Assembly: GCA_950097015.1 (NCBI GenBank)
Contig: CATNEN010000003.1
Span: 12,338,001 to 12,402,000 of the forward strand
DNA length: 64,000 nucleotides
Reading direction: 5' to 3'
Source of the DNA: Macrostomum hystrix
Taxonomy: Eukaryota > Animalia > Platyhelminthes
Shown: piece after piece, positions 13,594-26,535 of the stretch
Position numbering within the stretch: position 1 is the first letter of the stretch
How the letters are laid out: each line of letters begins with the position of its first letter
Notes under the pieces: model-generated
The model's database searches: none
What the model saw: the letters and a program-made list of their open reading frames with translations, nothing else
Told to the model about the DNA's origin: nothing
Made by a program: the position numbers and the translations under genes

Positions 13594-14373
13594 TCACTTC
13601 TCAACAAAGTTGCCACCTTTCTCCAGACACCGCTCCCACCTCACCAGCCAGTTGTCGAAGGCCTCTGCGAAGCTAGACGCATGCATAGGGGTCGTGACCG
13701 CCCTCCAAAGAATTCTTGACCTCCTGCAGGGAGTCAAAACGGGCGCCAGCGATCGCGGCTTTGACTTTGGGAAATAGCCAAACACAATGACCATGGTCTT
13801 CTTGGCACTGCGCGACACCCGCGCTTTCGTTGGGGCCGCAGCTGCACGCGGAACCCACTGCTTCGACTGAACCTTGGTCTCTGGCGTCACATAGTGCAGC
13901 CATGTCTCATCAGCAGTGATGACTCGATCAAGGAAGCCGGGATTGCTGCGCATCAGGCGATAGAAGTAATTCTTGGCGCAGCGAACTCGCTCAGCTCGGT
14001 TCTCCTCAGTCAGAAGGTGCGGCACCCATCTTGCTGACACATGCTTGAGCTGCAGATCCTTGGTCAGAATCTCGTCAACAGTTGTCTTCGAGATGCCAGT
14101 CAAGTCGGCCAGTTCCCTGACAGTGAGGCGCCTGTCGTCGCTGATCAACTTCTCAACCATCGCCACATTCGCTGGCGTCCTAACAGTTGGATCACGATGG
14201 TGACCTCTGCCATCAGAGCCATCGTGACTTTCACGAAGCTGTTCAAATATGTAATACACTTGGCTCCGCGACAAGGCTTCGCTGCCGTAGATGGCCTGCA
14301 GGTGCTGCATGCACTCCTTGGCCGATCTCCCGGCCTTAAAGCAGTCAACAACGATTTCGCGCTGTTTGACCAT
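13594..14373 (-). pseudogene. Mariner transposase pseudogene
   Basis: HTH region, WVPHLL and first catalytic D (VITADETW) are present. After KKTMVIVF the sequence jumps to WLFPKVK...RF in another frame, so the second D and YSPDL motif are deleted. The C-terminus RWERCLEKGGNFVEK is typical of mariner. Confidence 0.9.
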
Positions 14374-14573
14374 CGTAAGAGGTAAGATAGGAGCTAGGAA
14401 ATGCCGTAGGGTGGCAAAAGCTTGCATTAAGCAGTGACAAGAAACCATAAATGCGCTGCTGTAGCTTTTTCAGGAGTTATGTCCATAGAAATTGAAAAAT
14501 ATTATTTACCATGACCTTTTAGCCCCTTTATGGCCATAGATGAATTAATGCTCGGTAATTTTCTTGCGGGCAG

Positions 14574-14750
14574 TTACACCATTTTACCCTCAAATTTGAA
14601 CAACGAAAACTTCAATAGTGACAAACTCTGATTCAATTTTGACACAGCGAACGACAAAAGTTACACTCTATGGTAAATTCTGTCGAATTTGAATCGGAAT
14701 TTGTCACTATTGATGTTTTCGTTGTTCAAAATTGAGGGTAAAATGGTGTA
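14574..14750. mobile_element. Fold-back MITE nested in the mariner
   Basis: ~70-bp inverted arms ttacaccattttaccctcaaatttgaacaacgaaaac... / ...gttttcgttgttcaaaattgagggtaaaatggtgtaa. Confidence 0.75.
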
Positions 14751-14789
14751 ATAAGCCATTGAACAACGCTGAGCAAGGGTTTTAATGAA

Positions 14790-15270
14790 CATCGTTAAAC
14801 TATATCTATGGGGAATTCCCTAAGTGTGTATTTTTTACGCTGGGATTCCCGCCATTAAATACCGCGTGGTTTTAATGGACGACATTAAAACACCGGCGGA
14901 ATGTCTATAGTGCAAAAAGAACCGCTGGGAATCCCAGCGTTGCTTAATGAAATTTTATACCGGCTATTTCGGGCATCAATGTCTATGACCTCGGGCGCTG
15001 CGCGTCCTCGGTCACAGCCATTGATAAGCCGGGATATATTCTTACATTAGTCGCCCGCAAAAAGGAATCGACCAATAGGAATGGCTTACTGAGGCTAAAA
15101 TGTCTATCGCACCCCGAAGTGGGGGCCCCACACCCCGTCTCTGACTCTAAAGGTATAGCTTGGGCAAAAACGTCTATGGTAGAATAAAATTGATACCCCA
15201 TGCTTTAAGGGCGGTAATGGCGTCAATTTCCATTGACGCCCGCAAAGCTTGGGTATTAATGGTATATTAC
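14790..15270. mobile_element. Non-autonomous Crypton-associated element with two imperfect hairpins, nested in the mariner
   Basis: 14790-14820 and 15027-15270 align to 31385-31415 and 31655-31915, which bracket a tyrosine-recombinase fragment. Hairpins at 14957-15036 (core ctcgggcgctgcgcgtcctcg) and 15193-15256. Confidence 0.7.
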
Positions 15271-15485
15271 CGATTTTCACATTCATATCTCACATGTCTG
15301 AACTCGTAATATTTAAGCAGTCCTATTTTCAATCGGACAACCCTCGTTAAAATATTGTTCCTAAACCCTAAAACTCAATTCCATCGAAGTTTTCAGCAAT
15401 CTACTCAAACATAAAAACTCAATTTCGCAGCTCAACGAAAAAAATCGCATTAGAAAGACCGCAATAATCGAAGCACTTGTTAGCC

Positions 15486-18400
15486 ATGGCAGCACAGGTG
15501 CAGAACAGCCTGCAGTGGTATGACTACCTGGTCTTCGGTCTAGTTTTGGCCGTCTCTGGCGGGGTCGGCATTTTCTTTGCCATCAGGGCGCGAAAAAATG
15601 CTTCCCAGGAAGAGTACCTGCTGGCTAGCAAGCAGCTCACGGTGGGACCGATTGCGATGTCACTTTTAGCCAGCTTCATCTCCGCCATCACCTTGCTGGG
15701 TATGGACTAATGGGATTTGGGAGAATGGCTTAGGAATATACTTCCCTCCTGATCTCTAGATTGCAATGAGCTCCATCGACTTTCTCACTCTATCTGTATC
15801 TACCATCACTCTCAATATATCTACTCTATTCTCTATATATCTACTCTCACACTCTCTATATCTACTCTCACTCTCTCAATATATATTCTCACGCTCTATT
15901 TATCTACTCTTACTTCTCACTGTATCTACTCTCAGTCTCTCTCTGTATCTACTCTCTCTCTCTTTATCTACTCTCACTCTCTCGGTATCTACTCTTAGTC
16001 TCTCTGTATCTACTCTCACTCACTCTGTATCTACTCTCAATCACTCTGTATCTACTCTCACTCTCTCTTTATCTACTCTCACTCTCTCGGTATCTACTCT
16101 TAGTCTCTCTGTATCTACTCTCAGTCTCTCTCTATATCAACTCTCACTCTCTCTGTATCTACTCTCACTCTCTCTTTATCTACTCTCACTCTCTCTGTAT
16201 CTACTCTCAGTCTCTCTGCATCTACTCTCAGTCTCTCTGTATCTACTCTCACTCTCTCTGCATCTACTCTCAGTATCTCTGTATCTACTCTCACTCTCTC
16301 TGCATCTACTCTCAGTCTCTCTGTATCTACTCTCACTCTCTGTATCTACTCCACCCACAGGCACACCATCTGAGATCTACGTGTACGGGACGCAGTACGT
16401 CTGGATTGGCGTATCTTATTTCTTTGTCATCCTGGCTGCAAACGAAATCTTCATTCCGGTGTTCCATCGGCTGAGAGTGAACACCTCCTATCAGTATCTG
16501 AGGCTGCGGTTTCACAAGTCCGTTCAAATCGCCGGCTCCATCAGCTTCTGCGTCCAGATGGTACTCTACATGGGCATTGTTATCTATGCTCCCTCACTGG
16601 CTCTCAGTCAAGGTGAGGCCGCCAATCGTTGTTTTCTTGGTCGATTCTGAGTCGGTTCTTAAGTCGATTTTGAGTCGGTTCTTAAGTCAATTTTGAGTCG
16701 GTTCTTAAGTCGATTTTGAGTCGGTTCTTAAGTCGATTCTGAGTCGGTTCTTAAGTCAATTTTGAGTCGGTTCTTAAGTCGATTTTGAGTCGGTTCTTAA
16801 GTCAATTTTGAGTCGGTTCTTAAGTCGATTTGAGTCGGTTCTTAAGTCGATTTGAGTCGGTTCTTAAGTCGATTTTGAGTCGGTTCTTAAGTCGATTTTG
16901 AGTCGGTTCTTAAGTCGATTTTGAGTCGGTTCTTAAGTCGATTTTGAGTCGGTTCTTAAGTCGATTTTGAGTCGGTTCTTAAGTCGATTTTGAGTCGGTT
17001 CTTAAGTCGATTTTGAGTCGGTTCTTAAGTCGATTTTGAGTCGGTTCTTAAGTCGATTTTGAGTCGGTTCTTAAGTCGATTTTGAGTCGGTTCTTAAGTC
17101 GATTTTGAGTCGGTTCTTAAGTCGATTTTGAGTCGGTTCTTAAGTCGATTTTGAGTCGGTTCTTAAGTCGGTTTTATTGTGTATTCTTAAGTCGATTCCA
17201 GTGTAGATTCTTCAGTGGATTCCAGTGTTAATTCCTAAGGCGATTCGCATTGACATTCGTACTGGTCATATCATTTTAGTCACAGGTTTTAACGTCTGGA
17301 TCGCCGTAGCTTCAATTGGTTTGGTCGCCACATTCTACACTAGCATTGTGAGTTTGAATCCCATTTGTGATCTTATCATCCCTTGTTATCCCACCGGGTT
17401 GACTAAGATCAGAAATAACCCATTCAGGGTGGCATCAAGGCCGTAGTCTGGACTGATGTCTTCCAAATCGTCATGATGTTGACGGGTCTGCTGGCTACGC
17501 TGATTCGCGGCGTCATGGTTATTGGCGGCTTCGGTGTGATGTGGGAGCGAGCCCAGGAAGGACAGAGGATAGAGTTTTTCAAGTGAGAGGTCACAGCTGA
17601 AAGTTGAATGTACTTTTTGTGCTCATGATTTTAAATATATTTATATATATGATACTGACCTGTTAGACATAGGATACTGACCTTTTAGACATAGGATACT
17701 GACCTGTTAGACATAGGATACTGACCTGTTAGACATAGGATACTGACCTGTTAGACATAGGATACTGACCTGTTAGACATAGGATACTGACCTATTAGAC
17801 ATAGGATACTGACCTATTAGACATAGGATACTGACCTATTAGACATAGGATACTGACCTATTAGACATAGGATACTGACCTGTTAGACATAGGATACTGA
17901 CCTATTAGACATAGGATACTGACCTATTAGACATAGGATACTGACCTGTTAGACATAGGATACTGACCTGTTAGACATAGAATACTGACCTGTTAGACAT
18001 AGGATACTGACCTGTTAGACATAGAATACTGACCTGTTAGACATAGGATACTGACCTGTTAGACATAGGATACTGACCTGTTAGACATAGGATACTGACC
18101 TGTTAGACATAGGATACTGACCTGTTAGACATAGGATACTGACCTATTAGACATAGGATACTGACCTATTAGACATAGGATACTGACCTGTTAGACATAG
18201 GATACTGACCTATTAGACATAGGATACTGACCTATTAGACATAGGATACTGACCTATTAGACATAGGATACTGACCTGTTAGACATAGGATACTGACCTG
18301 TTAGACATAGGATACTGACCTGTTAGACATAGGATACTGACCTGTTAGACATAGAATACTGACCTGTATTCTAAAAAATGGAAAAGCAGGACATATTTTC

Positions 18401-21400
18401 AAAACCAATTGGCAGTCTCTCTCTGGACCCAACCGAGAGGCACACGTTGTGGACTCAAATCGTGGCGAACACATTCGTCTGGCTATCTATCTACGGTATC
18501 AATCAGACCATGGTTCAGCGCTGTCTAAGCTTGAGCTCGCTTCGACAGATTAAACTGTGAGAAATGCATTTTTTCATTCCTACTCATAGTAGTGAGGAAA
18601 GTGCTAAAAAATCTAGTTTTTAATAAACTCAGGGCCTACTGGCTAAACATGCCCGGGTTGTTCCTTCTGATGCTGACCTGTTCCATCTGCGGCATGATCA
18701 TATTTGCTGCCTACGGTACCTGCGATCCACTGCTGCAAGGTCGGATTACTGCCAATGACCAGGTTTGTTTGTTATAATCATATACTCGTTCGAAGAGTGG
18801 ATTACATATGGAGCACTAGATAGATCCAGGAGAGATAAGACACGGAGGATGAGACTGTCGAGAAATGTGACACGGGAGATATGAGACACCGGAGAGATAA
18901 GGCACGAGATAAATAAGACAGGTGAGAGATGAGGCAGGTGAAATGAGACAGGTGAGATGAGACAGTGGAGTGATGAGACAGGGGAGAGATGAGACAGGAG
19001 AGAGATGAGACAGGGGAGAGATGAGACAGAGGAGAGTTGAGACAAGGGAGAGATGAGACAGGAGAGAGTTGAGACAGGGGAGAGATGAGACAGGGGAGAG
19101 TTGAGACAGGGGAGAGTTGAGACAGGGGAGAGTTGAGACAGAGGAGAGTTGAGACAGGGGAGAGTTGAGACAGGGGAGAGTTGAGACAGGGGAGAGTTGA
19201 GACAGGGGAGAGTTGAGACAGGGGAGAGTTGAGACAGGGGAGAGTTGAGACAGGGGAGAGTTGAGACAGGTGAGAGATGAGACAGGTGAGAGACGAGACA
19301 GGTGAGAGACGAGGCATGGCAGATGAGACAGGGGAGAGTTGAGACAGGTGAGAGATGAGACAGGGAAGAGTTGAGACAGGGGAGAGTTGAGACAGGAGAG
19401 AGATGAGACAGGGGAGAGTTGAGACAGGGGAGAGATGAGACAGGGGAGAGATGAGACAGGGGAGAGTTGAGACAGGGGAGAGTTGAGACAGGGGAGAGAT
19501 GAGACAGGGGAGAGTTGAGACAGGGGAGAGTTGAGACAGGGGAGAGATGAGACAGGGGAGAGTTGAGACAGGGGAGAGTTGAGACACGGGAGAGTTGAGA
19601 CAAGGGAGAGATGAGACAGGAGAGAGATGAGACAGGGGAGAGTTGAGACAGGGGAGAGTTGAGACAGGGGAGAGATGAGACAGGAGAGAGATGAGACAGG
19701 GGAGAGTTGAGACAGGGGAGAGTTGAGACAGGGGAGAGTTGAGACAGGGGAGAGATGAGACAGGGGAGAGTTGAGACAGGGGAGAGTTGAGACAGGGGAG
19801 AGTTGAGACAGGGGAGAGATGAGACAGGAGAGAGATGAGACAGGGGAGAGTTGAGACAGGGGAGAGTTGAGACAGGGGAGAGTTGAGACAGGAGAGAGAT
19901 GAGACAGGGGAGAGTTAAGACAGGGGAGAGTTGAGACAGGGGAGAGTTGAGACAGAGGAGAGTTGAGACAGGGGAGAGTTGAGACAGGGGAGAGTTGAGA
20001 CAGGGGAGAGTTGAGACAGAGGAGAGTTGAGACAGGGGAGAGTTGAGACAGGGGAGAGTTGAGACAGGGGAGAGTTGAGACAGGGGAGAGTTGAGACAGG
20101 GGAGAGTTGAGACAGGTGAGAGATGAGACAGGGGAGAGTTGAGACAGGGGAGAGTTGAGACAGGAGAGAGTTGAGACAGGGGAGAGATGAGACAGGAGAG
20201 AGATGAGACAGGGGAGAGTTGAGACAGGGGAGAGTTGAGACAGGGGAGAGTTGAGACAGGGGAGAGTTAAGACAGGAGAGAGATGAGACAGGGGAGAGTT
20301 GAGACAGGGGAGAGTTGAGACAGGAGAGAGTTGAGACAGGGGAGAGTTAAGACAGGGGAGAGTTGAGACAGGGGAGAGTTGAGACAAGGGAGAGATGAGA
20401 CAGGAGAGAGATGAGACAGGGGAGAGTTGAGACAGGGGAGAGTTGAGACAGGGGAGAGATGAGACAGGGGAGAGTTGAGACAGAAGAGAGTTGAGACAGG
20501 GGAGAGATGAGACAGGAGAGAGATGAGACAGGGGAGAGTTGAGACAGGGGAGAGTTAAGACAGGAGAGAGATGAGACAGGAGAGAGTTGAGACAGGGGAG
20601 AGTTGAGACAGGGGAGAGTTGAGACAGGTGAGAGATGAGACAGGTGAGAGACGAGACAGGTGAGAGACGAGGCATGGCAGATGAGACAGGGGAGAGTTGA
20701 GACAGGTGAGAGATGAGACAGGGAAGAGTTGAGACAGGGGAGAGTTGAGACAGGGGAGAGATGAGACAGGAGAGAGTTGAGACAGGGGAGAGTTGAGACA
20801 GGGGAGAGTTGAGACAGGGGAGAGTTGAGACAGGGGAGAGTTGAGACAGGGGAGAGTTGAGACAGGGGAGAGATGAGACAGGAGAGAGATGAGACAGGGG
20901 AGAGTTGAGACAGGGGAGAGATGAGACAGGGGAGAGTTGAGACAGGTGAGAGACGAGGCATGGCAGATGAGACAGGGGAGAGTTGAGACAGGTGAGAGAT
21001 GAGACAGGGGAGAGTTGAGACAGGGGAGAGTTGAGACAGGGGAGAGATGAGACAGGAGAGAGTTGAGACAGGGGAGAGTTGAGACAGGGGAGAGTTGAGA
21101 CAGGGGAGAGTTGAGACAGGGGAGAGTTGAGACAGGGGAGAGTTGAGACAGGGGAGAGATGAGACAGGAGAGAGATGAGACAGGGGAGAGTTGAGACAGG
21201 GGAGAGATGAGACAGGTGAGAGTTGAGACAGGGGAGAGTTGAGACAGGGGAGAGTTGAGACAGGGGAGAGTTGAGACAGGGGAGAGTTGAGACAGGGGAG
21301 AGTTGAGACAGGGGAGAGTTGAGACAGGGGAGAGATGAGACAGGAGAGAGATGAGACAGGGGAGAGTTGAGACAGGGGAGAGATGAGACAGGTGAGAGTT

Positions 21401-24400
21401 GAGACAGGGGAGAGTTGAGACAGGGGAGAGTTGAGACAGGGGAGAGTTGAGACAGGGGAGAGTTGAGACAGGAGAGAGTTGAGACAGGGGAGAGTTGAGA
21501 CAGGGGAGAGTTGAGACAGGGGAGAGATGAGACAGGGGAGAGATGAGACAGGGGAGAGTTGAGACAGGGGAGAGTTGAGACAGGGGAGAGATGAGACAGG
21601 GGAGAGTTGAGACAGGGGAGAGTTGAGACACGGGAGAGATGAGACACGGAAGAGATGAGACAGGGGAGAGATGAGACACGGGAGAGATGAGACAGGGAAG
21701 AGATGAGACACGGGAGAGATGAGACAGGGGAGAGATGAGACACGGAAGAGATGAGACAGGGGAGAGATGAGACACGGGAGAGATGAGACACGGGAGAGAT
21801 GAGACAGGGGAGAGATGAGACAGGGGAGAGTTGAGACAGGGAAGAGTTGAGACAGGGAAGAGTTGAGACAGGGGAGAGATGAAACAAGAAGATGATAGAG
21901 GATTTATTATTTGCCTATATCATGAATCCTAGATATTCTGGGTTTTTCATATAAAATTCTTGCATAAATGAACAAAGCGGTTGCTCATAGGAATGCCTCA
22001 TATTTTATGCATGTTCTAAATAATTAGCTATTCAAAAAACGGCACAAAATGTTGCAGCTTCTACCTCTGTTTGTCATGGATTATTTGCATTCGATTCCGC
22101 TGCTACCAGGCATATTTGTGGCTTCAGTATTCAGTGGTGCACTCAGGTGATTTGTTTGTTTACCTAACTTTCTTGAATCGATTTTGAAAGCTAGGAGAAC
22201 TACATTTATCTGTATTTATTCGTGACAAGTAACTTATTCAGCAGAAGCACAGAACAACAAGAGAATATCATTTTGTTTTAATTAAGAGCGTAAATGAATT
22301 CTTTTTTTCGATGAAATGCACAAAAAACTAAAAATATGCGCACTATTCTACTTACAGTACAGTGTCATCCGGCGTAAATTCCTTGGCTTCAGTAACGGTA
22401 AATGATATTCTTGACAGGGCGCTAATCAATTATACTGAGAAGAAGAAGACTATTTTGTGCAAAGTGATTGGTAAGTAAGCATGTTTCAACGTTGTGTTAA
22501 CATATTTAGAACAATAGCGACTCGACAATAGTATTTGAAAATCTGATTTCAGCTGCTCTGTACGGTCTATTAAGCCTAGTCTTTGCTGTATTGGCCTCGG
22601 TGATGGGACCTGTTTTGCAGGTCAGACTTTTTATTACATTTACTAAAGTAATGGTATAGTTAGTTATACCTTGAGAACAACATATTTCAGGCCGCGCTAG
22701 GAATCTTCGGAATGGTTGGCGGGCCGCTGATGGGCGTGTTCACTCTTGGCATGTTCTTTCGGGTGGCTACCTGGAAGGTGAGACCTGAAATTTGCAGCGC
22801 CACCCCATGGGAGTGACATTCCATTCCAAGGAGTGACATTCCATCCCAAGGAGTGACATTCCATTCCAAGGAGTGACATTCCATCCCAAGGAGTGAGATC
22901 CCATTCCAAGGAGTGACATCCCATCCTAAGGACAACCCAATTCCAGTGAGTGACACCTCATCCCAGTGAGTAACACTCAATCTCAAGGAGTGACACCCAA
23001 TCCCAGTGAGTGACACCCCATTCCAAGTGAGTGAGACCTCATTACAAGGAGTGACATCCATTTTCCAGTGAGTGACACCTCATTCCCCCCAGTGAGTGAC
23101 ACCCCAACCCAAAGAGTGATATCATCCCGAGGAATGCCCCAGCAACAGTAAGTGCCACCCAATTCTAGTAAGTGGCACCTCATCCTAGTCATTTAGTATG
23201 ACACCGATCCATTGATTTATCAATATTGATTTTGAATTGGTGCCAATCAGGGCGCCATAGCGGGCCACCTGGTCAGTCAAATCCTGGTGTTCTGGATCGG
23301 TTTCGGCTACTATGTCCACCAAGTTAAAGCTCCAACTAAACCGATGTTCACGCACAACTGCACTGTCGAAGATCTGGGAGGTCTAAATGCCAGCGCGACT
23401 GTGACAATTGGTTCCAGCTTAGCAAATGTGACGCCGACAAATGCGCCAAGGTTAAATAACATTTTTTTATTTAGTCATTAGGATAAATCATTGAATATGC
23501 ATTGTTAAATTAAAATTTAATTTCGTAAGAGGATTCAGAAAGGATTCGATTTACATATAACAAAAACTGACATTATTAAAAAATGAGAACGAAATATTTT
23601 TTTATGATTTCGATTTTAAGAACTTTGTTTATTTCGTGACTAAAAAGTAACAAAAAAATTACTTTATCCCCAAAAAATAATTTTTAAATAAAAATTTACT
23701 TTAAAAAATATTCTTACAGTTTTTACTTTCATTGTAATATTTATATATTTATATAATATAGTGATATATTTTAACAAAAAAGTTTAGAAAAACCAAAAAT
23801 TAATTTAAAATTAAAGTAATTCTTATTATAATATTTTTTTCTTAGCTTGTACCATGATTTTAAAAAAATATATTTTTTTAAATGGTACATAATAAAACCT
23901 GCTAGATACGATATGTCTCATACGATTAATATAAAAACTAAAACTTTTTCCTTATTTCAGCGTGCCCTATATTCTACCTGTCTACAAGGTGTCCTATACC
24001 TGGTACGCTATGTACGGTTGGCTAGCGGCCATTGTAGTTGGATTGATTGTCAGCCTGATAACCAGAGGTAATTATAATTCGAAAATTGCATTAGAGATTT
24101 AAATATATTAATTCATCTTTTGAGACTCAGGTCAGCCCTGAGTCAGGTGAGAGATGTTAGACTAGCATGTTAGACACAGACGACATGTTAGACACGGAGA
24201 CAACATGATGAAAAAATTGTTAAGCCGTCTAAAAAAACCATTTCTTAAAACTGATCTTCTCAGACCGAGAGGCGGAGAAGTGCATTCCGCGCGACTATTT
24301 CACGCCAATGGTTCGGCACTTCATGAAGCCCAGCCAGGAGGATGTTCAACGCAAGCTGAGCAGACAGAAGGAGCAGCAGCAGGAGGAGCTGGACAAGATG

Positions 24401-24481
24401 GCCGCAATATTGAAACAGGATCAAGATCAAAATGGCAGATTCGAATTCGATATGTCGCCTTCGGGCCTGGTACTAGCTTAA
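15486..24481 (+). CDS. SLC5 family sodium/solute symporter (SLC5A6/SLC5A8/SLC5A12-like), 13 coding exons
   Basis: Exons with GT-AG ends and consistent phase: 15486-15699, 16361-16612, 17280-17347, 17428-17582, 18416-18556, 18633-18762, 22058-22146, 22358-22470, 22553-22620, 22691-22777, 23251-23450, 23961-24067, 24264-24481. Motifs: [95 protein letters not shown]. Confidence 0.93.
15790..16350. repeat. Intronic ~21-bp minisatellite (TATCTACTCTCACTCTCTCTG), SLC5 intron 1
   Basis: Direct degenerate array; inverted copy at 37200-37730. Confidence 0.92.
16640..17175. repeat. Intronic 23-bp minisatellite GAGTCGGTTCTTAAGTCGATTTT, SLC5 intron 2
   Basis: Direct tandem array. Confidence 0.97.
17650..18365. 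repeat. Intronic 22-bp minisatellite GATACTGACCTGTTAGACATAG, SLC5 intron 4
   Basis: Direct tandem array. Confidence 0.97.
18830..21890. repeat. Intronic 16-bp satellite GAGACAGGGGAGAG(T/A)T, ~3 kb, SLC5 intron 6
   Basis: Direct tandem array; source of the spurious 1023-aa ORF. Confidence 0.97.
22808..23130. repeat. Intronic ~20-bp minisatellite GGAGTGACATTCCATCCCAA, SLC5 intron 10
   Basis: Direct degenerate array. Confidence 0.9.
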
Positions 24482-24509
24482 CTGGGCTGTTAATAGATTA
24501 GACTGACCT

Positions 24510-24922
24510 AGGTGTCAGGAACTGTGTCAGAGCCATCTGGGTGTCAGGGATAGTGGGTGTCAGGGATAGTGGTTGTCAGGGATAGTGGGTGTCAGGAACT
24601 GTGTCAGAGCCATCTGGGTGTCAGGGATAGTGGTTGTCAGGGATAGTGGGTGTCAGGGATAGTGGGTGTCAGGGATAGTGGGTGTCAGAGATAGCGGGTG
24701 TCAGGGATAGTGGGTGTCAGGGAGTCAGGGATAGTGGGTGTCAGGGATAGTGGGTGTCAGGGATAGTGTGTGTCAGGGATAGTGGGTGTCAGAGATAGCG
24801 GGTGTCAGGCATAGTGGGTTTCAGGGATAGTGGGTGTCAGGCATAGTGGGTGTCAGGGATAGTGGGTGTCAGGATAGTGGGTGTCAGCGATAGTGGGTGT
24901 CAGGGAACTGGGTGTCAGGGAA
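24510..24922. repeat. 16-bp minisatellite GTGTCAGGGATAGTGG just 3' of the SLC5 stop codon
   Basis: Direct array; inverted copy at 36352-36695. Confidence 0.95.
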
Positions 24923-25372
24923 ATAGCTGTTAATAATAACGGATTGTGAATCAATCAAAAAGTGAACTACTGCCAGCATCGTTGATCATCGCTCAATTAC
25001 ACCCTATAAATATTTGCAGCCGCGTTATGCAACAGCTGCTGACGAAGACAATTGCTGGAACACGAAGCTCTGAAGTACGGAAGAAACATCGATGGACAAC
25101 TTGACTGGTATTGGAACTATAGTCAACGACACTTACACCTATCACTTTTTGCACTGTGGCACCATATGAAAAATATTATTTTATCCACGCTTTTTTGTTT
25201 TTTAATTTTTAACTCACAAATGTAACTAGAACATGCGTTCCTCGTTTATTAATCTACAGAAAGTCGTTACCTAAAGAATTTTAAAGAAAGCGAAATATAT
25301 CAATTCATGTTTAATTAGTGCTTAATCCACAAACTACATTTATGGAAAAGCACAGTTCTTTTAAAGAATACA

Positions 25373-25530
25373 GGGGCTGTAGCCCAGTGGTTAGAGGGTC
25401 GAACTCTCTGCTTGAAGGTCGGGGGTTCGACTCCCGACTCCATTGGTAAATATTGTGTCCTGTAGCAACACACTATAATCTGCATTGCCTGGAGCTGTTC
25501 AATGGGTACCAGAATTAATGGGTACCAGCC
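25373..25530 (+). mobile_element. SINE family A, 3'-truncated
   Basis: GGGGCTGTAGCCCAGTGGTTAGAG...GGTTCGACTCCC tRNA-like head followed by the CORE-like segment. Confidence 0.8.
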
Positions 25531-26535
25531 ATACACGGCCTTCGGATAAAATTTGATACGATATAATTGATTTGCAAATCTAAAAATCATTTTTTTAACT
25601 GATTAGATAAAATAAAGTTTATTTTCAAGTAAAATATAGAAATTAATTTCTGACACTGCGAACTCAGTCAGAAGCAAAACGAAATCAAACCGATACTGAC
25701 TTAATGCAGCCCAACTGACTAAAAATGTCACACTGCAGGGCGTTGAATTTTAGGGTATTTGAATAGTCTTATCATGATTTGGCAAACGTCTTTTACTGCG
25801 TAATTTTTTGTGGTCACAGGAAGTCTGCCTTATAGTCCATAGGCTATATACTATCTATACTCGTGTATATAGCCCAAGGCCAGCTTTTAAACTTTTGTTC
25901 GAGCTAAAAATGTACATCCGCACATAACTATTAACCCCATGCAAATGTAAAATCAGGGCACGGAATATGTTTAAAGAGCCATGCCTGCCTATTGGTTTCT
26001 TAAAATTTTATAGTCTATGCCTCTAAGGCCAGATTTAAATTTCTGTCCAGGCTATGTACATTCACACTTTCTACCCTGGCCTCAAGTCCACTGTGCAAGC
26101 GAGATGGTTTTGTTAATCCTTTTCGGCTGCAAGGGCTTTGCATATCCTTTTATGGATAGGATATCCTTTTCATGCCGAGGCCAGAAAATTGGAAACTCCA
26201 TTCCGGCCGACTTGTTCAGCAGGCCTAACCATAGACTATCGCATGAGAATTTGACTACTGCTTTGCAAAGCCCTTGCAGCCGAGAAGGATTAAGTCCTTC
26301 GAGAAGGAGAGTCTTCGAATCAGTTAAAATAGCTGACCCAAAGCCAGAAGAAATTTTAAACACCTACAAAACTAGATACGTGATTCATTAGGTCCTTGCT
26401 GTTTCATCTTCATCTCTTCTCTCTTCATCTCTTCATCTTCATCTTTCATCTTCACTCTGTGTCTTGATGGCTTGGCCGTCGTGAGTCAATTGCACAGTAA
26501 AGTATACACTACTTTATCACTGGAATATTCGAGCA

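Larger units (their letters stand above)
13520..15346 (-). mobile_element. Mariner-family DNA transposon, internally deleted, with nested insertions
   Basis: ~30-bp TIRs ta|CTAGGGTTGCCCGGCCGAAAATAGGACTGCTT and AAGCAGTCCTATTTTCAATCGGACAACCCTCG|t, with a transposase relic inside. Confidence 0.88.

Noticed and set aside
16640-18365. CRISPR-like arrays among the 22-35-bp repeats
   Set aside because: Units are head-to-tail with no unique spacers, there are no cas genes, and the context is eukaryotic introns.
18746-21887. 1023-aa ORF and overlapping ORFs
   Set aside because: Antisense reading of the 16-bp satellite inside SLC5 intron 6.
25373-25445. tRNA gene
   Set aside because: A/B boxes are present but there is no closing acceptor stem, and the sequence continues into the SINE body shared with 3985 and 50333.
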